Assembly (NCBI GenBank): GCA_025558095.1
Contig: JAIVFI010000008.1
Coordinates: 310,001 to 374,000 of the forward strand
Length of the DNA stretch: 64,000 nucleotides
DNA from: Hyaloraphidium curvatum SAG 235-1
Taxonomy: Eukaryota > Fungi > Monoblepharomycota
Direction of reading: 5' to 3'
In this document: one piece after another, positions 60,703 to 64,000 of the stretch
Layout: the number at the start of each line of letters is the position of its first letter
Position numbering within the stretch: the first letter of the stretch is position 1
The notes under the pieces: generated by a model
Databases searched by the model: none
What the model was told of the DNA's origin: nothing
The model's input: the letters and a program-made list of their open reading frames with translations, nothing else
Made by a program: the position numbers and the translations under genes

Positions 60703-62045
60703 ATGATGGCGGCCGCCCCCGACCCGTCCGCCGCGGCCGACCCGGCCTGTGGGAGCGCCCCCGCGCAGTGCCCGATCTCGGCCTCACCGCGCGCCGGATC
60801 TCCTACCAGACGACCACGACCTCGAGTGGTTCCACTGCAACGCGTGCCGAAACGATCACAGGAGCGGCCGCGCGTTCTTCCTGGCCAGCTGCGGCGGGTA
60901 TCGCCGGCGATCGCCGCCGGGCAACAGCGGGCTGACTTGCGCGCCGCAGGCCACGTGTACTGCAAAGCATGCCTCGAGAAAAAGGCCGGCGGGGCCGCGG
61001 CGAACCCCGCCACGCCGCAGTACTGCTTCCAGTGCAAGGACCAGGTGTCGATCGTCGCCCTTGACGAGACCGTGGGTCCCCGCCGTCGTTGCCCGATCGG
61101 CGGACGGCTTACCGCGCCGCAGCTCGAGCCGGACCTGCAGCAGTTCTTCTCCAGCAGCCTGCAGCAGCTCGAGAGCGCGCTGCAGGTGCTCAGGTTCCAG
61201 AACTCGAACGCCGTGCAGATGATCAAGTACCTCAAGGAGCGGGTCAGCAAGTGTCACGGCTCGACGCAGAAGATGGCGGCCGAGCTGCAGCAGCTGCCGC
61301 AGCTCCATCAGTGGGTTGGATTGCGGACGTCGCAGGCCTTTGTTTGACAACTTCCCCGTCTTACAGGCAGATCGCGAAGCTGCAGCAGGAGAACCAGCTG
61401 CTGCAGCAGGAGAACCACAAACTGCGGAGCTTTATCGGCCAAGGACGCCAGCGGTACGCCTCTTCGGTATATGGCGAGACAGAGAGCCCGGATTTCACAC
61501 AATCGAGCAGCGACGGCGTCTCCCCCGCCTCGGACCACATGCGTCAACCGACCGGCCCGCAACCCCAGCGGCCGCCGCAGCCCTCCCGCCTCAGCCTCCC
61601 TCCCGGCACCCCCAGCTCCACCGCCTCGGGCGACATGGGCTGGCGCCGCTCCCCCGGCCGCCCGTCGCCCTCCATGGGCGGCTTCCCCTCCCCACACAGC
61701 TACTCCGCCGCCCCCGCGCCCTCCGCCGGCCCCCGCTCCTTCCCCTCGCAGACCCCCCGCATGCCCGCGCCCCCCCGCGGCAGCGCCCGCCCACCCGGCT
61801 CCGCGATGCCGTCGCTGGGCGACCCGCACGCGCGGGCCTGGCCGGGGGCCACCCCGCAGCGCGGCTTCGCGACGCCGCAGCTCGGCCCGGGGGGGCAGTT
61901 CGCGCCCTATGCTTACGGGTCGCAGGGGCCGGGGGGATACAGCGCGACGCCGAGGAGGGGAGGCGGAGGGAGGGGCGGCGGGCCGGTGAGGAGCACGCCG
62001 AGGATGGCCGGGGGGAGCGCGATGCCGTCGTTTGGCGGGCGCTGA
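60703..62045 (+). CDS. RNF212/Zip3-like meiotic RING protein
   Basis: WFHCNAC...FFLASCGHVYCKAC...CFQC RING, followed by a coiled coil (LRFQ) and a disordered tail. Confidence 0.75.
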
Positions 62046-62391
62046 GGAAGACCGGGCGCGCATTTGCGCGCGGGCGGAGGAAGAGTTCGAAACCCGAGAT
62101 TCCCTTTGTATGTTCGAGGAGAGAGTTGCGATTCCCGTGTGCGCCACTGTTGCTCTGCGTTGTCCAAGTCCGATCCAGGTTGAGGTGGTCCCCGAGGGCG
62201 GCTGCCGACGCGGGCGAGGGGCCTCGCGTGCCAATCATGCCTCTACCGACCAAGCTCTCAGGTAGCCGCAAAAGTAGCCAGGAACCCTCCTTCAGACCGT
62301 GTCGAGGTCGTCCTAGAGTGCGGGCTCCATGTTGGCCACCTGGCAGACAGGTCCACGACACCGCCCGCGAAAGCAGCCAGCGCCCTCCCTT

Positions 62392-62736
62392 TCAAATCTG
62401 GTCCTTCATCTGGTACGAATTTTCCTCGAGGATGGACTCGAGCCGCGCCTGGATCTCCTCCAGGAACTCGGGCGCGATGACCACCTGCCGCTCCCCGAAA
62501 TCCGCGATGACAAACGTCGCCTCGCCGCGCTGCTTGCGCTGGTCGTTCATGTCCAGGATGATCTGCTTGATTGTCGGTTCGCTGGGTCCGTGGCATCAGG
62601 GGAGAAGAGGGAGAGGAACCCGGCGCGTTGAGCGGGGAAGGAGCGGGCGGGTAGGCGTCAGGAGGGGAATCGGAGCAGGCGGGAGGCAGAAGCATCATTA
62701 CCACTCAATCAGAACGCTCTTGAATGCCCTGACCAT
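62392..62736 (-). CDS. TFB5: TFIIH subunit Tfb5/TTDA
   Basis: MVRAFKSVLIE...PTIKQIIL...FVIADF...LESILEENSY; one intron. Confidence 0.85.
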
Positions 62737-62930
62737 CTCGACCAGGCTTGAAACTTGCTGCCAGGAACGCGTTTGGGCGCGCTTTTTCGCGCGTCGACCC
62801 CCGGCCGCGAAACCCCCGGTCAAGGCCCATCACTCGTTCCGCGGCCGCCTTTCCGTGCCTCCGCCGCACGGATCGCGCAGCACCGCACCGCACCTCCGCG
62901 ATCCCGCCGCCCCTTCGCGGGATCCGCACG

Positions 62931-64000
62931 ATGCGCCGCCTCTCCACGCTCCTCCTCCTCGTCGCCCTCTCCCTCCTCCTCACCCGCCCCGACGAGCCCT
63001 CCTTCCGCCGCTTCCTCGTCTCGGAAGCCAATAAACGCGACAGCCAGTTCCTCCGCTCGCTGGCCTACTCGCCCCGCCTGGACCTGCGGCAGCGCGATTT
63101 CGTGCTGGCGCGGTACGCCTCCCTGCCGGGAATCGGGGGGGCCGAGTTCGTGGGCGCGTGGGGGACGTGGTGGCCCGTGCCGAGGGCGGGGAAGGGGAAG
63201 GGGTGGACGGCGTGGGTGCCGGCGTGTTCGGGGGGGTGCGGGCCGGGGGTCTGCGTGGGCGCCGAGTCGTGCCTTTGCCTGCCGGGCCATACGGGGCGGG
63301 GGTGCTCGGCGACGGTGCCGCAGTTCAGGTCGCTGGGACCGAGATTGCCTAAGGAGCGCATGGCTTCCGTCAGGGGGTTCTTAGAAGCGGCAGGGAAGTG
63401 GGGCGCGCCGGAATGGGCGCTGGATGCCGCGGAGGGGGCCGCCGAGGCCGTTTCGGACGCGCTGGACCAGGCGACGGTCATGGAGGCCATCATGGTGCTC
63501 ATGGTGGGCATGTACGTCGCCGGCACCGTGTTTGCTTCGCCCTTCCCGGCCATGCGGGCGCGGTTCGACGCCTTCGCCTCGAGCTCCCCCGCCCGCTTCA
63601 ACCCCGCCGGATTGCTCCTCGCCAACTTCAACAGCAACTCGCTCGCGGACCTGCTGCTGAACCTGGGCTTCTTTGTGCACTTTGCGCCGGCGGCGTACGC
63701 CCGCCTCGGGGAGCGGCGCTTCCTGTACCTGGTCGGGGCGTGCTGCCTCGCCGCGCAGGGCGCCTCGCTGCTCTGGCGCAACATCTCTGGCAACTCGCGG
63801 CGGTCGGCCGCGGGCGCGAGCGGCTGGGTGGTCGGCCTCGAGTCGTACGTGCTCGCCGCCGTGGCGGGGTCGTCGGCCTACGCGCAGGGGCCGCTGTTTG
63901 TGGTTCGCGAGAGCGTGCTGAGGCACCTCATGCTGGACCTGATCGTCAACGGACGGCGTTCGGACTGGGCGGCCGCGGTCGGGGGGTTCGTCGGGGGCGT
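62931..64000 (+). CDS. rhomboid-like intramembrane protease, 3' end outside the window
   Basis: Open frame to the window end; multiple TM helices, LLLNL, LGERRFL, GASG motif. Confidence 0.7.
   Translation, partial: MRRLSTLLLLVALSLLLTRPDEPSFRRFLVSEANKRDSQFLRSLAYSPRLDLRQRDFVLARYASLPGIGGAEFVGAWGTWWPVPRAGKGKGWTAWVPACSGGCGPGVCVGAESCLCLPGHTGRGCSATVPQFRSLGPRLPKERMASVRGFLEAAGKWGAPEWALDAAEGAAEAVSDALDQATVMEAIMVLMVGMYVAGTVFASPFPAMRARFDAFASSSPARFNPAGLLLANFNSNSLADLLLNLGFFVHFAPAAYARLGERRFLYLVGACCLAAQGASLLWRNISGNSRRSAAGASGWVVGLESYVLAAVAGSSAYAQGPLFVVRESVLRHLMLDLIVNGRRSDWAAAVGGFVGG

Overview
GC-rich, gene-dense eukaryotic DNA with short (about 55-80 nt) GT-AG introns and CTGAC-type branch points. It is most likely an early-diverging (chytrid/monoblepharid-like) fungus; this is an inference from the intron style, GAL4-type Zn2Cys6 motifs and a SepSecS gene. 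The right two-thirds is housekeeping: citrate synthase, formate dehydrogenase, XPF, a MARK/Kin1 kinase, a class IV sirtuin, Vps20, CENP-V, LanCL, SepSecS, MRPL6, Tpt1, a LysM protein, an RNF212-like RING protein, Tfb5, a rhomboid, and two identical intron-containing U3 snoRNA genes. The left third is accessory and holds two notable systems. (1) An intronless, bacterial-type bacillithiol biosynthesis set: intact bshC and bshB1, a split bshA and a decayed second bshB1. (2) An insertion of about 14 kb that splits bshA and encodes one 14-exon protein of about 3,575 aa with the architecture TM segments - two ubiquitin-like domains (ending RLPGG) - FEN1/XPG-like nuclease - uracil-DNA-glycosylase-like domain - two Zn2Cys6 clusters - Fanzor1/TnpB RuvC, whose third catalytic Asp appears replaced by Asn. 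A structured omegaRNA candidate follows the stop codon, and no transposase is recognisable. All domain calls come from motif recognition by eye; no database searches were run.
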